Source: Nemertoderma westbladi (lineage: Eukaryota; Animalia; Xenacoelomorpha). From it: DNA of 64,000 bases. Of this stretch, positions 30,001 through 42,799 are shown one piece after another; position 1 is the stretch's first letter; each line of letters opens with the position of its first letter. The notes under the pieces were generated by a model, which saw only the letters and a list, made by a program, of their open reading frames with translations, was not told where the DNA came from and did no database searches. The stretch lies in assembly GCA_032718475.1 (NCBI GenBank), contig JAUCBJ010000203.1, positions 9,669 through 73,668 of the forward strand, given 5' to 3'. The position numbers were made by a program, and so were the translations under genes.

Positions 30001-33000
30001 TTGGTACTACAGTTCTGTACTATATTGGTACTACAGTTCTGTACTATATTGGTACTTACAGTTCTGGACTATATTGGTACTACAGTTCTGTACTAGAGGC
30101 CCTATATTGGTACTACAGTTCTGGACTATATTGGTACTACAGTTCTGGACTATATTGGTACTACAGTTCTGGACTATATTGGTACTTACAGTTCTGTACT
30201 ATATTGGTACTTACAGTTCTGGACTATATTGGTACTACAGTTCTGGACTATATTGGTACTTACAGTTCTGGACTATATGGACTACAGTTCTAGACTATAT
30301 TGGTACTTACAGTTCTGTACTATATTGGTACTTACAGTTCTGGACTATATTGGTACTACAGTTCTGGACTATATTGGTACTACAGTTCTGTACTATTAAA
30401 CTATTGGTACTACAGTTCTAGACTATATTGGTACTACAGTTCTGTACTATTAAACTATTGGTACTACAGTTCTGGACTATATTGGTACTACAGTTCTGGA
30501 CTATATTGGTACTTACAGTTCTGGACTATATGGACTACAGTTCTAGACTATATTGGTACTTACAGTTCTGTACTATATTGGTACTTACAGTTCTGGACTA
30601 TATTGGTACTACAGTTCTGTACTATTAAACTATTGGTACTACAGTTCTAGACTATATTGGTACTTACAGTTCTGTACTATATTGGTACTTACAGTTCTGG
30701 ACTAGAGGCCCTATATTGGTACTACAGTTCTGGACTATATTGGTACTACAGTTCTGGACTATATTGGTACTACAGTTCTGTACTATTGGTACTACAGTTC
30801 TGGACTATATTTGGTACTACAGTTCAGTACTATATTAGTACTACAGTTCTGTACTATATTGGTACTTACAGTTCTGTACTATAGGTACTACAGTTCTGTA
30901 CTATAGGTACTACAGTTCTGTACTATTGGTACTACAGTTCTGGACTATATTTGGTACTACAGTTCAGTACTATATTAGTACTACAGTTCTGTACTATATT
31001 GGTACTACAGTTCTGTACTATTGGTACTACAGTTCTGGACTATATTTGGTACTACAGTTCAGTACTATATTAGTACTACAGTTCTGTACTATATTGGTAC
31101 TACAGTTCTGTACTAGAGGCCCTATATTGGTACTACAGTTCTGGACTATATTGGTACTACAGTTCTGGACTATATTGGTACTACAGTTCTGGACTATATT
31201 GGTACTTACAGTTCTGGACTATATGGACTACAGTTCTAGACTATATTGGTACTTACAGTTCTGTACTATATTGGTACTTACAGTTCTGGACTATATTGGT
31301 ACTACAGTTCTGTACTATTAAACTATTGGTACTACAGTTCTAGACTATATTGGTACTACAGTTCTGTACTATTAAACTATTGGTACTACAGTTCTGGACT
31401 ATATTGGTACTACAGTTCTGGACTATATTGGTACTTACAGTTCTGGACTATATGGACTACAGTTCTAGACTATATTGGTACTTACAGTTCTGTACTATAT
31501 TGGTACTTACAGTTCTGGACTATATTGGTACTACAGTTCTGTACTATTAAACTATTGGTACTACAGTTCTAGACTATATTGGTACTACAGTTCTGTACTA
31601 TTAAACTATTGGTACTACAGTTCTGGACTATATTGGTACTACAGTTCTGGACTATATTGGTACTTACAGTTCTGGACTATATGGACTACAGTTCTAGACT
31701 ATATTGGTACTTACAGTTCTGTACTATATTGGTACTACAGTTCTGGACTATATTGGTACTTACAGTTCTGGACTATATGGACTACAGTTCTAGACTATAT
31801 TGGTACTTATAGTTCTGTACTATATTGGTACTTACAGTTCTGGACTATATTGGTACTACAGTTCTAGACTATATTGGTACTTACAGTTCTGTACTATATT
31901 GGTACTTACAGTTCTGGACTAGAGGCCCTATATTGGTACTACAGTTCTGGACTATATTGGTACTACAGTTCTGGACTATATTGGTACTACAGTTCTGTAC
32001 TATTGGTACTACAGTTCTGGACTATATTTGGTACTACAGTTCAGTACTATATTAGTACTACAGTTCTGTACTATATTGGTACTTACAGTTCTGTACTATA
32101 GGTACTACAGTTCTGTACTATAGGTACTACAGTTCTGTACTATTGGTACTACAGTTCTGGACTATATTTGGTACTACAGTTCAGTACTATATTAGTACTA
32201 CAGTTCTGTACTATATTGGTACTACAGTTCTGTACTATTGGTACTACAGTTCTGGACTATATTTGGTACTACAGTTCAGTACTATATTAGTACTACAGTT
32301 CTGTACTATATTGGTACTACAGTTCTGTACTAGAGGCCCTATATTGGTACTACAGTTCTGGACTATATTGGTACTACAGTTCTGGACTATATTGGTACTA
32401 CAGTTCTGGACTATATTGGTACTTACAGTTCTGGACTATATGGACTACAGTTCTAGACTATATTGGTACTTACAGTTCTGTACTATATTGGTACTTACAG
32501 TTCTGGACTATATTGGTACTACAGTTCTGTACTATTAAACTATTGGTACTACAGTTCTAGACTATATTGGTACTACAGTTCTGTACTATTAAACTATTGG
32601 TACTACAGTTCTGGACTATATTGGTACTACAGTTCTGGACTATATTGGTACTTACAGTTCTGGACTATATGGACTACAGTTCTAGACTATATTGGTACTT
32701 ACAGTTCTGTACTATATTGGTACTTACAGTTCTGGACTATATTGGTACTACAGTTCTGTACTATTAAACTATTGGTACTACAGTTCTAGACTATATTGGT
32801 ACTTACAGTTCTGTACTATATTGGTACTTACAGTTCTGGACTATATTGGCACTACAGTTCTGTACTATTAAACTATTGGTACTACAGTTCTAGACTATAT
32901 TGGTACTTACAGTTCTGTACTATATTGGTACTTACAGTTCTGGACTATATGGACTACAGTTCTGGACTATATGGACTACAGTTCTAGACTATATCGGTAC

Positions 33001-33042
33001 TTACAGTTCTGGACTACATTGGTACTACAGTTCTGTACTATA
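1..33042. repeat. 24-bp satellite array, consensus TATTGGTACTACAGTTCTG(G/T)ACTA, with 22-33 bp indel variants; extends beyond the window start
   Basis: Continuous tandem units from base 1 to ~33042. Recurrent variants include TCAGTA, TCTAGA, GGTACTTACAG (+T), CTATTGG (-2), ATATGGACTA, CTAGAGGCCCTA (+9) and CTATTAAACTATT. Abrupt end at ...TGTACTATA|AACAAACGG. Confidence 0.99.
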
Positions 33043-34699
33043 AACAAACGGTACTGGACGACTCCAAACACCTTGTTCTACAAACGTTTTCCTCTCAAAA
33101 ATTCAATTTTTTATTAAAATTAGAGTCATTTCGTAAAATGACATTTCACGGGATTTTAATCAAACATACAGTACAAAATGTATTTCTCTACGTAAAACAA
33201 CACATTAGGTTATGGATATATGAATTAATATAAAAACAATAATATAAAGAAAACCTATGAATAAATCTTTACTAGTAACCCAAGGAGCCCTATCCAAGGC
33301 GTGTAACAATGCACTTGAGTTTTTCTTTATTAAAGCGACTCATACCGTAAACATAAAGTTTACCAAAGAAGACCATGAATTACAGTAAAACGTTTTAATG
33401 AAAATGTGAGCATTAGTATAGCAGATATAAACAGCATAAAATTGTTAGACTTTGACCACTTTTAATTACATATAGAGCGATAGAATCTAGGCCTACACTC
33501 AGTGATGAAATCACGCGAAGTGGTACTGCAATAGACTAAACTGGTCAATGATTATATTGTTAGTCATTGCGCTTTCTGCATTCTGATAAAGTACCAAAAC
33601 TGTTTGCAGACTTATTTAATAACCTCACCGGGCGGGGCTTTTGAATAAACTGATTAATACAAAAAAAAACTGAAGAACCAAAAAGTGATAGTGATCTGAC
33701 CGCGCCGCTACTACAGTTGGCCAAAATACCCCAAAAGTGACTTGTTTAATTTTTTCTGAAAACTAGCCCATGTTGAAGAACGTATTTGAAAACATGGGGC
33801 GATTTTTAATATTAGTCATGTATTAGCATAGGCATAAACATCATATTGCTAAGAAATAAATGATATTTCAAAATTTGATAAGCTGCGCTATTTTTCCTTC
33901 GTCATCTTGTTTTCTCAGAATTGATCCACTACTATAGCACTTATAACCGGTAAATTATAAAGATGCCCTTTTGTGCCCCTTTTGAGAATTTAGCTTTTAA
34001 AAATAAAAATGTACACTATATTAATAATAATAAAATAAATATTTTTATAGCGCCAACGTTATGGTATAGTATTCTGTAAGCAATCTCTGCGGAGCACAGT
34101 GAGAAATTAGCTACAATACTGTATGTTAAACATACTTAAAAGTTAGTGCGTTAAAAAAAATATATGTTAAAATAAAATAAAATATACCGTATATAAAACC
34201 AATTGCTACGACGTAGGTCTACATACTTAAAAGGGAGTTAATTAAAACAAAAAGTTCGGTGAAAATGTTGACTGAAAAAAGTTATAGCTGAGAGAACATA
34301 TGTGTTTTTAGTTTTGATTTAAAAACTGTGGTTGAATGAATTTCTCCTATCAACGTCGGTCTGTTATTCCACAGGCGAGATGCGCATATCTCAAACTCAC
34401 GCCATCCGATAGTGTAGCAGCGGATTCGTGGCTCCCTCAGTGTAATGGTTGTGCAGCTTCTGGTAACGAGACGCTCGCGTTTGACTTTCCCAAGTCAAAC
34501 TATCCCAAAAATTTGTAAATAATATTAATTTATAGTCAATTAGGGCTAGGGAGTTATTGATGCTACTTGTAATTATTAATTACTGCCTGACATCCCCTCC
34601 CCAGCCTCTCTAAGCGGATGCTACATAGCAACACCAAGCAACGTAGTAACTAATTGATTCTGATTGACTGGCCCAGTATTTCGTTTAAGCCTGTTTTAA

Positions 34700-35581
34700 G
34701 GGGGATGGGGGGGGGAGGGGGGTACACCCCCCTATGGACCTATTTTGCAAATGGCTATAATTTCTGCTTGTGTGTAGTTTTGTATATTTTATACCTTTCG
34801 GGGGATTAACATATGGCCAAAGATTGGGCTCAAACAAAAATTTTCAAATTTGCGTCGCCCTCTAGCGGCCACCAGCGAATTTGTTAATTTCACTAAAAAC
34901 ACTAACTAATCTTACAATTTTGGGCGAAAATTTTTCAAGATTCAAGAACAAATTTAATTTTGGCGTTTTGATTTGATATCACATACCATTTCATGATTTC
35001 TTAATAAATAGTCATGGAATAATGAGACAACCTTAACAAACTATCAAATTTATATAAAAGTTTCCACATATTTTTATAATAAGCCTTTACACAGAACATT
35101 AAGCTTTGCGCAGCACGTGAAGGTATCACATAGCACTTAAAGTTTTCATACAGCTCGTTAATAAATCGAGCAACTCGGAAAGCCTTTTGATCAGAATGAG
35201 AAGCCTTCACGCGGTACATAAAATGATCATGCAGCACATGAAGACTTCGCGCAGGGAGTCCGGACAATTTCGACCCGGACAATTGCGACGCGGTCAATTG
35301 CGACCCATTAAATAAAAATTATAGGTCGCAATTGTCCTAACATCTTCGCGCAGCACGTGAATTATTCTCAAAAAAAAATCCCACAGCAAACATTTCAGAT
35401 TGCTTATTTTATGCTCTTTTTAATATTTCGATGGACACACAAACAGAGGAAAAACCAGCTAAGCCGTTTCCAGATTTGAAGTCCTCATTAAATTCTGCTC
35501 TAGATGAAATAAAAAAAACAAAAAAACCCGAAAATTTTGACATGAGGGGGGGGGGGGGGGGGGTAACCCCCCCCCCCCCCC
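34700..35581. mobile_element. Non-autonomous TIR element with G/C-rich termini, possibly Kolobok-like
   Basis: Left TTAA|GGGGGATGGGG..GGGTACACCCCCCTATG and right CATGAGGGG..GGTAACCCCCCC|TTAG form imperfect inverted ends. No ORF. Confidence 0.45.
35254..35343. mobile_element. 90-bp mini TIR element with 9-bp TSD (Mutator-like by TSD length)
   Basis: CTTCGCGCA at both 35245-35253 and 35344-35352. Internal GGACAATTKCGAC repeats, with an inverted copy GTCGCAATTGTCC at the right end. Confidence 0.65.
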
Positions 35582-36518
35582 TTAGTAAAGGGCTGGAACA
35601 TTGTTTGTTGTCTTATTATTGTAGCAGAATAATTCGGCAATGAATAACTACCTATTCAATATATTGAATGTGAATGTATTATAATAAAAATTTAATAAAA
35701 TAAAACAATTCGAATGAGATACGTTCTGCATGATATGTAAATATCTCTTCTTTTACTGCATTATAATAATACTAATACCTATATAAATAATAATGTACAG
35801 AAGAGAACTCCACCAGTTTATGCCATGGCACATGTCAAAAAGAATCGCATCAACGGCTTTTGAAACATATAAATAATGAAAATGGCACATTTCTATCAAG
35901 CTATAGCGATTTTGATATGTTGTGCCATGTTAAACTAAAGTGCCATGTGTCACATGCTAAAAAGCCGAACCTCTGTGCCACTACAGAATTCTAAACCATT
36001 TGTAATCGAATCAGCACCTTTGAAAACCCATAAAAACCGAAAATGGCCAAACCTAATTTCTACATGCTAAACGTGCCACATGCTAAAATGTGGCACTTCT
36101 GTGCCACTAGAGCATTCGAAACCATTTGTTAACTTTTCAGCACCATGTTAAATCTAGGGGAACCGAAATCTGCGCCATTCTGCCTGTGTTTTATTGTGTC
36201 AAATAGGCCTATGCCAATTTTTGCACGTGCAAGAAATGGCACAAAGGGACCCTTTGAGAATTTGAGACCCCTCTCTGAATATTCGCCGCCATTGAAAACT
36301 CATATAGGCGAAAAATAGTGCTCAAACTATGACATGATGAGTCTTTGCAATGAGGTTAGGTGCTAAATGACGTCAGTAGAGATGATAAAGAAGGAATTAG
36401 ATGCAGTGAAAATATCACTATCTGATGGGAAACCTGCAGAGAGGCAGATCAAATTCAACTTTTTAGTAACAACCGTCCTGCAGTGTGGGCCTGTATGCTG
36501 CTCGATCCAGAGCTCCCA

Positions 36519-36761
36519 GGGGGGGGGGGGGGGGGGGGGGGACATTCGACGCAATAAAAATTAATCCCTCTCCAGGCGAAATACGACGCAAATAACAGCT
36601 GATTACTCCCAAAAATAAAACTGCAACCTGTTCTATTGTGTTTAGTTTATTGTATTGGTTAAAATAACGTGCTACTGCAACCTGCTCATTTCCCTAAATT
36701 GGTAATTTAACATTGAGGCGGGTTATTAATTCGTCAAGATGGGATTTGCGTCCAGTTCCCC
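36519..36761 (+). mobile_element. MITE, shared-core family, copy A
   Basis: TIR GGGGACATTCGACGCAA / TTGCGTCCAGTTCCCC. Aligns along its length with the reverse complement of 39663-39910 and carries the shared core. Confidence 0.7.
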
Positions 36762-37989
36762 TCCTGGCTATCGCCAGGAGGATCAACCTGTTCACAACCT
36801 TGTTCTCTCGCTCTATTGAAACCTCCAGGCTTGAAGGGACACCGTGGCCAACAAGTTACTGTTTGCTTTGTTTGTCGGTCCGCCGGCATTGCTCCATTAT
36901 AGCACAGGGCGATAACGTCATGTGACTTGGATCCATTCGAGGATCGTTATTAGGGGTGTTCGCGGACAGAACGACCGACAGTGTCGGTTCGTACGTCCGA
37001 CAATGTCGGACAGTTATATATATATATATATACCTCGGATTAGGTTAAAAATGGGGTACTTTTGTTCGATCCCATCCAAATACACTCAACAAACAGTATT
37101 GTATTATAAGAAAAGTTCAAAATGACTTCTAGAATTTTTATTGAAATAATAAATAAAGTAAAGTATAAAAAGGGAATTCCAAACAAACCAAATAGTTGCA
37201 AAATACAGAACAGACATTACTGGCTACGTAGGTTCTGTAGCGCGTTATGGCAACTATATGACAGACAATAATGTACAACCAATATACCGTAGTAATATAC
37301 GATAATTAATAGTCTAACTATTAATAATGCAGACCCACACAAACAATAATTACTATTTAATATAATATTCGGAGATCCAGGGTAAACCTTCTAACCCTCA
37401 ACTGTTAATACCATAGTGATGGTGAATTACATCGCACTGTTGTTGCCTACCCCCCCCCCCCCGCATTATAAGTAATCAAGATATTTCTAATAATAATCCG
37501 TTTAAATAATTTGAGTAAAGGCCCCCTAAAAACTCGTGCAGTATATATTATATGCACACCGACCTAGAATAATTCATCTTCTTCGTATGTTTGTTTACTA
37601 TAATTTATATATGTTTATATAATAACATGTGTTTAAATAACATGTGTTACTTTGTAACAAACAACAAGTAAATATGTAGATTTACTCAAAAATGACTGCA
37701 TATGAAAAACTGCATGAAAATTTTTTTGAGCATAAAGAAGTGCGATTTGGTGGAATTTATTAAATTGCATTAATTTGATTCGATTAAGTATAGCAGCACT
37801 AAATTATAGATTTCGATAAAGCATAGTAGAATATAATAATATTGAGAACTATTCTACTTCATTAATTATGAACTAATCGCTCTCAGTGGAGTTCGTTGCA
37901 GTGATGATGACATTATCAGGGTATCGATACTATCAACAGCCATTTTCTTTAAGATAATTTACGAGCTTCCCACAAACAGTGTTGCAATG

Positions 37990-37991
<2 letters not shown>

Positions 37992-38023
<32 letters not shown>
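37992..38023. repeat. (GT)16 microsatellite
   Basis: Directly visible. Confidence 0.95.
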
Positions 38024-38025
<2 letters not shown>

Positions 38026-38112
38026 GCAGGTAAATACTTAGAGAAAAGTGTAATGTAGCTTAGATAATCAATTAGGTCCATTTAGAAAATGATGTAAAAG
38101 CTCATAATAAAT

Positions 38113-38423
38113 GATTAATGCAGTAGATTAATGCCGAGGGTTAATGCCGCGGATTAATGCCGCGGATTAATGCCGCGGATTAATGCCGCGGATTAATGCC
38201 GTGGATTAATGCAGTAGATTAATGCCGAGGGTTAATGCCGCGGATTAATGCCGCGGATTAATGCCGTGGATTAATGCCGTGGATTAATGCCGTGGATTAA
38301 TGCCGTGGATTAATGCCGTGGATTAATTCCGCGGATTAATGCCGCGGATTAATGCCGTAGATTAATGCCGTAGATTAATGCCGCGGATTAATGCCGTGGA
38401 TTAATGCCGTGGATTAATGCCGC
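38113..38423. repeat. 13-bp minisatellite GATTAATGCCGYG, about 24 copies
   Basis: Tandem GGATTAATGCCGC/GGATTAATGCCGT units. Confidence 0.95.
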
Positions 38424-38895
38424 TGGTGTCATCGTGTTCCTTTTGAACCACTGTTTCTCCTCATCCTCCTACACATAGATTAATATCAAAGGAAAATAAA
38501 CCCGAGCGCTTAATCGAAACGGCACTTTACGTTACACAGGGTTGTATTGATGTCGCAGCTACCTCGGATCGGAAGGAGAAAAACATAACACGCAATAAGT
38601 ATATAATATAATTACCGGTATTTAACTTATTTATGAATGGTTTTTAAACATAATTTAGAAAAATTTAATAAAATGTATAACAAATAAAGCCCACGTTCGA
38701 AGAAATACAAAGTAATAATAAACATTTTTATAATAATGCCAACAATTGTAGATCGCCGTTGCAATATTTATTGCACTGACTTTCAAAATTGTGTTGTGCA
38801 AAACTTTGTAAATATAGTATCAATACTATAAATAATAATAGTTTAGACCGACATAGTAATTAGCCTTTAGTTAGTAAACTGTGCAGTTAGTCTTT

Positions 38896-38944
38896 AAAGA
38901 CAGACTTCAAAGACAGACTTCAAAGACAGACTTCAAAGACAGAC
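38896..38944. repeat. 13-bp tandem repeat AAAGACAGACTTC, about 4 copies, in the probable ABHD17 3' UTR
   Basis: Directly visible, ~130 bp downstream of the ABHD17 stop codon. Confidence 0.85.
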
Positions 38945-39076
38945 AGCATCGCATCGCATTATGTTATGGAACTATAAATAATAGAGTTTATGTTGCACCA
39001 GTTACAATTTCATTTAAATAACGAATTTATAAATTTACATAAATTAATATAATTCGGTCGCATATAAATAAATACT

Positions 39077-39308
39077 TCAGTGGTTTGCAACTTGAGCGGG
39101 TAAATCAGTAGTAACGAATGTTTTTAGGCGTTCTAAGTATTGGCCGTAGAGTTCGACATCGTTGTGGCCGGCACCTTCGACCCATAGCGGCTCCACTGAC
39201 CGCGGGCAGCGTTCGAAGATGGCTAGACCGTGGTTGAAGTCGATTACCTCGTCTTCAGTCCCGTGGATGACCAACACAGGAGATACTATCTTAGTGACCT
39301 TGTCAATG
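39077..39308 (-). CDS. ABHD17: ABHD17 protein depalmitoylase, coding exon 3 (last)
   Basis: Acceptor TTTATTTAG. Encodes [24 protein letters not shown]...[10 protein letters not shown]..stop, including the catalytic Asp and His. Confidence 0.95.
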
Positions 39309-39662
39309 CTAAATAAACATAAAGGACAATTATATTAAGGAACAAACAAATTAATTTTTGGTCGAAATGAGAAAGAAATACTAACTAATAAAAATATTAA
39401 ATAAAAAAATGTTTTAGCTGCTTCTCGTAATAAACGATGGACGATTCTAGCGAACTCTGCCAAAGTAACAGAAAAGGGTTTAGAACTGTTTCTGTTGTTT
39501 TCCCAGTTACTTGTTTTTTGAAATTCAAGGAGATAACGTACCCTTTGGCACGGTAGGTTGGGCGTTACTCTGTTTGTTTCAGGAAATTGGGTCTGTGCCA
39601 ATTAGTGCCATTCAAACATATGGCCATGTATTTCTTGGCAAAACACGTTACATGAGGGAGAC

Positions 39663-39910
39663 AGGGGGGGGGGGGGGGGGGGCTTGTCGCAAATCCCATC
39701 TCGGCGTATTAATATAAATGTTAAATTATCAATTTAGAGAAAGGAGCAGGTTACAGTGGCACGTTATTCCAACCAAAACAATAAACTAAAGTCAATAGAA
39801 CTGGTTACAGTTTTATGTTCGGGAGTAATCAGGTGTTAATTACGTAGATTTTCCACTGAAGAGGGATTAATTTTCAGTGCGGCGAAATTCCCCCCCCCCC
39901 CCCCCCCCCC
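39663..39910 (-). mobile_element. MITE, shared-core family, copy B (ABHD17 intron 2)
   Basis: Reverse-complement homolog of 36519-36761 with G-run/C-run ends. Core GAAAGGAGCAGGTTACAGTGGCACGTTATTCCAACCAAAACAATAAAC. Confidence 0.7.
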
Positions 39911-40655
39911 ACCCCCTATCTGATATAAGGACATACAACAATACAACATCAACAAACGATTCAGAGCAGAGAGGACACTAATTATATAATATATATTTAA
40001 TTATATACATGAAAAAAGTAATACTCTACGGTAGGAAAAAAAATTATCGTAAATAAGCACTTTTTGTCACTACAGGTGATTTCAAAAGACCGACATTAAA
40101 ATATTCTGCCCGAGTGTATTGAGTTTTGCACGACGGCAGAATATATGAATTTATTTTAACGAACACTATTTTATCTGAAAAATGAAACGAAATCTCCGCT
40201 CCGCTCAACGGCACTAAATGTACATTTTATTTACATAAGATATATACCAGTACCTAAAGTATATATACGGGTAATCATACAGTTCAGTAGGCCTACTGTC
40301 TATGAGTGCGGGTACCATTTAACTAACAGGCTGTTAATAGCCGCCGACTGACCTAAACTTCACACTTTCTATCACTAATTTAGTTATAGAAAGTGCTAAA
40401 GTAAGCGAAAGCGATACTTACTTGCAATGTGTTTTCTACAAATGTTAGTGAGGAAAATTGATTTTTCAGATGATAATATTTACTTCCCCAGATGTAAAAT
40501 ATAACGGATTTTATATATCGATATTTATTTATTGTTTCAAAAGTAATTCCTGTTATAATATACGGAGGAAATTATTACGAAACAATTTGGGATCAAATTT
40601 ACAATAATATATCGCCAACCCATACCCAACCCATTAGTTCTCGATTACAACTTAC

Positions 40656-41030
40656 CTAGCGAAGGCATCAAACCACCATGTGCGTCTCGTATCGGGGAAG
40701 GCGACTCTCATCCCGCTCATTAACGGGGAGTGGAGGATGACGCCGGCGCATTCGTATCGGGACGCGAGATCCACGGTGGGCACTGTGCCGATACTCTGTC
40801 CGTAAAGGAGTATCGACTCGGGACTGATCCCGTAGCGACTCCGCAACGCTTGCCACGCCGCGTCGATGTCCGTGTACAGGTTGCGCTCGCTCGCCTTCCC
40901 TGTGGAGACTCCGTACCCGGAGTAGTCGTAACTAAATATGTTACAGTTCAGTCGCGTTCCCAAACCCACGTAGAAACTGCTCATCTGTCCGATATCAACC
41001 GCGTTGCCATGGGAGAAGAGAATATTGTAG
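40656..41030 (-). CDS. ABHD17: ABHD17, coding exon 2
   Basis: Acceptor TTTCTCAG, donor GTAAG. Encodes [32 protein letters not shown] (nucleophile Ser)..[10 protein letters not shown]. Both junctions are phase 2 and join in frame. Confidence 0.96.
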
Positions 41031-41108
41031 CTGAGAAATAAAAGTTACATCGTCGTGTTTAATTTATAATTATACATACATTATACATTACATACGGTAT
41101 ACCTGTAC

Positions 41109-41914
41109 CCAGGGCCGTGTTTAGGGAGGAGGGGGGGGGGGGGGGGGGGGCACCACGATCCAATAACTACAGCGATTGACCGAACTATAGAGGAGCCGAA
41201 CTGAAACCGAATATGGCAATTTGGAATTTTGCCCCTTATTTTTTCCAAAATATATAAAAAACAAAAAGTTATTGTGAAAGACAGTAAATATTTTTGTAGC
41301 TTTGTGACATTTTTTTTCACTTTCGATTCTTTTATTTTTTGATGAGATGTTTTCAGACTGATATACACAGGAACATGTTTCAAATTTCTAATTTCCACGT
41401 CTAAATAGGGATATGAGTTTTCATGAAATATGTTTTCCAAGGAAATTTCCGAAAATTTCCGGAAAAGTATATTTCATCCGTAGTTACGACCAAAAGAAAC
41501 AAGACAACTAACCACCTTAACACATCTAAGCAGGAATCCCTTGTTTCTCTTTCTACTGTTTACTCTACTTGTGTTTTACTGTGTTTTCAGAATGTACTTA
41601 ATAAAATAATTAATAAAAGGAAATTTCCGGATAATCCGAAAATGTAGAGGAAATTTCCGGGAAAATGTATGGGAAATTTCCAAACATTTCCTACTAATAT
41701 ATTTACATCTACATTCAGGTTTCTTTGAAAGGTATCTGCAATAAATATATTGAAAAGTTAGGGTAATGAAAACGAGATAAAATGTGTCTTTCAGTATATT
41801 ATAGTCTGTGAGAAGTGCTTGGCGCCGTATATGTGCAAACCCCATACAGTAGAACCCAGACCCCCCACCACTGACCCGACCCCAGGCCACCCACCACTCT
41901 AAATCCGGCCCTGG
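41109..41914. mobile_element. Non-autonomous DNA transposon with CCAGGGCCG termini and 9-bp TSD (ABHD17 intron 1)
   Basis: CCAGGGCCGTGTTTAG / CTAAATCCGGCCCTGG, flanked by TACCTGTAC at 41100-41108 and 41915-41923. An internal GGAAATTTCC-rich segment (~41405-41695) may be a nested element. Confidence 0.75.
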
Positions 41915-42313
41915 TACCTGTACATTATACAGATTTCAGTATTAACTAAAACACTAACTAACATTTATATAAACACATTTATTGTACCACTAGCTGACTA
42001 CCGGTAGGGCTATTATTATATTGTTTAATACAGAAATATAGGCCTAATGATTTAATATACTTGTAATTTATATTCATTTATAATTGATAATATAATCATA
42101 GGCAGTTAATATTGATATTTTAGTTCAGTCAATATAATATATGAGTATGGATGGTACTCATGAGTTGAGTATCCGTATTTACAACAACAAATAACTAATA
42201 ATAAAGAGGCTGCTAGGACTAATTATTGCAAAATTTCAGTTGCATAGCCCAGTGAGTGAGTGCAGGAGTGTCTAAGACTACAATTATTATGTAGGTTATT
42301 AATTACAACCAAC

Positions 42314-42594
42314 CTGGGATTAGGACAACAGCGTACGAACATGCAGCTAATTTTGTTGCCACTCTTTGTTTTAATTATAAAGACTTCAATGCAATCGAGT
42401 TCGCGTTGAGTATATTGCCACTCGGCTTTCTCAGTTAGGTGTAGGTTGTAAGTGGGAGAGGTCCCTGCAGTCTCGTCGCATTGAATATTGTAGGTGGGCG
42501 TTGGGGGGAGGAACGCCAGCTTTGCCGCGATACGAGAAGGCCAGGGTGGACAGCAAAACAGGCTGCATATCTCGCTGAACGATAACCCATTCAT
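42314..42594 (-). CDS. ABHD17: ABHD17, coding exon 1
   Basis: MNGLSFSEICSLFCCPPWPSRIAAKLAFLPP is the ABHD17 N-terminal Cys cluster plus IAAKLAF motif. Donor AG|GTTGGT. The three exons total 888 nt = 295 aa + stop. Confidence 0.96.
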
Positions 42595-42799
42595 AACTAG
42601 TATAAGTAGACGATTGGATTTCCAAATTATATGTTTTAATATAAATAGGCCAGTAGGCCTATATTTACAGATTTATCTGTTATTAGAATACGAGTACTTG
42701 AGTACGGTTTATATGTTGTAGGGCCTACAGCTGTAGGGTGTAGCGCCTAATGTACAAATGTACTTGCTTGAACGTGAACGGATGGCATATTACCAATTG

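Noticed and set aside
1-33042. Well over a hundred plus-strand ORFs (LVLQFWTI / YWYYSSGL / IGTTVLDY repeats, up to 465 aa)
   Set aside because: The 24-bp monomer has no stop in any plus frame. The ORFs overlap in all frames and shift at each indel variant, so they are satellite translation artefacts.
1-33042. CRISPR-like array or telomeric repeat
   Set aside because: No unique spacers and no cas genes in a eukaryotic context; no G-rich telomere-type motif or G/C strand asymmetry of that kind.
35800-36330. TGCCAY/RTGGCA-rich segment
   Set aside because: Probably a decayed DNA element, but no ends or TSD could be defined.
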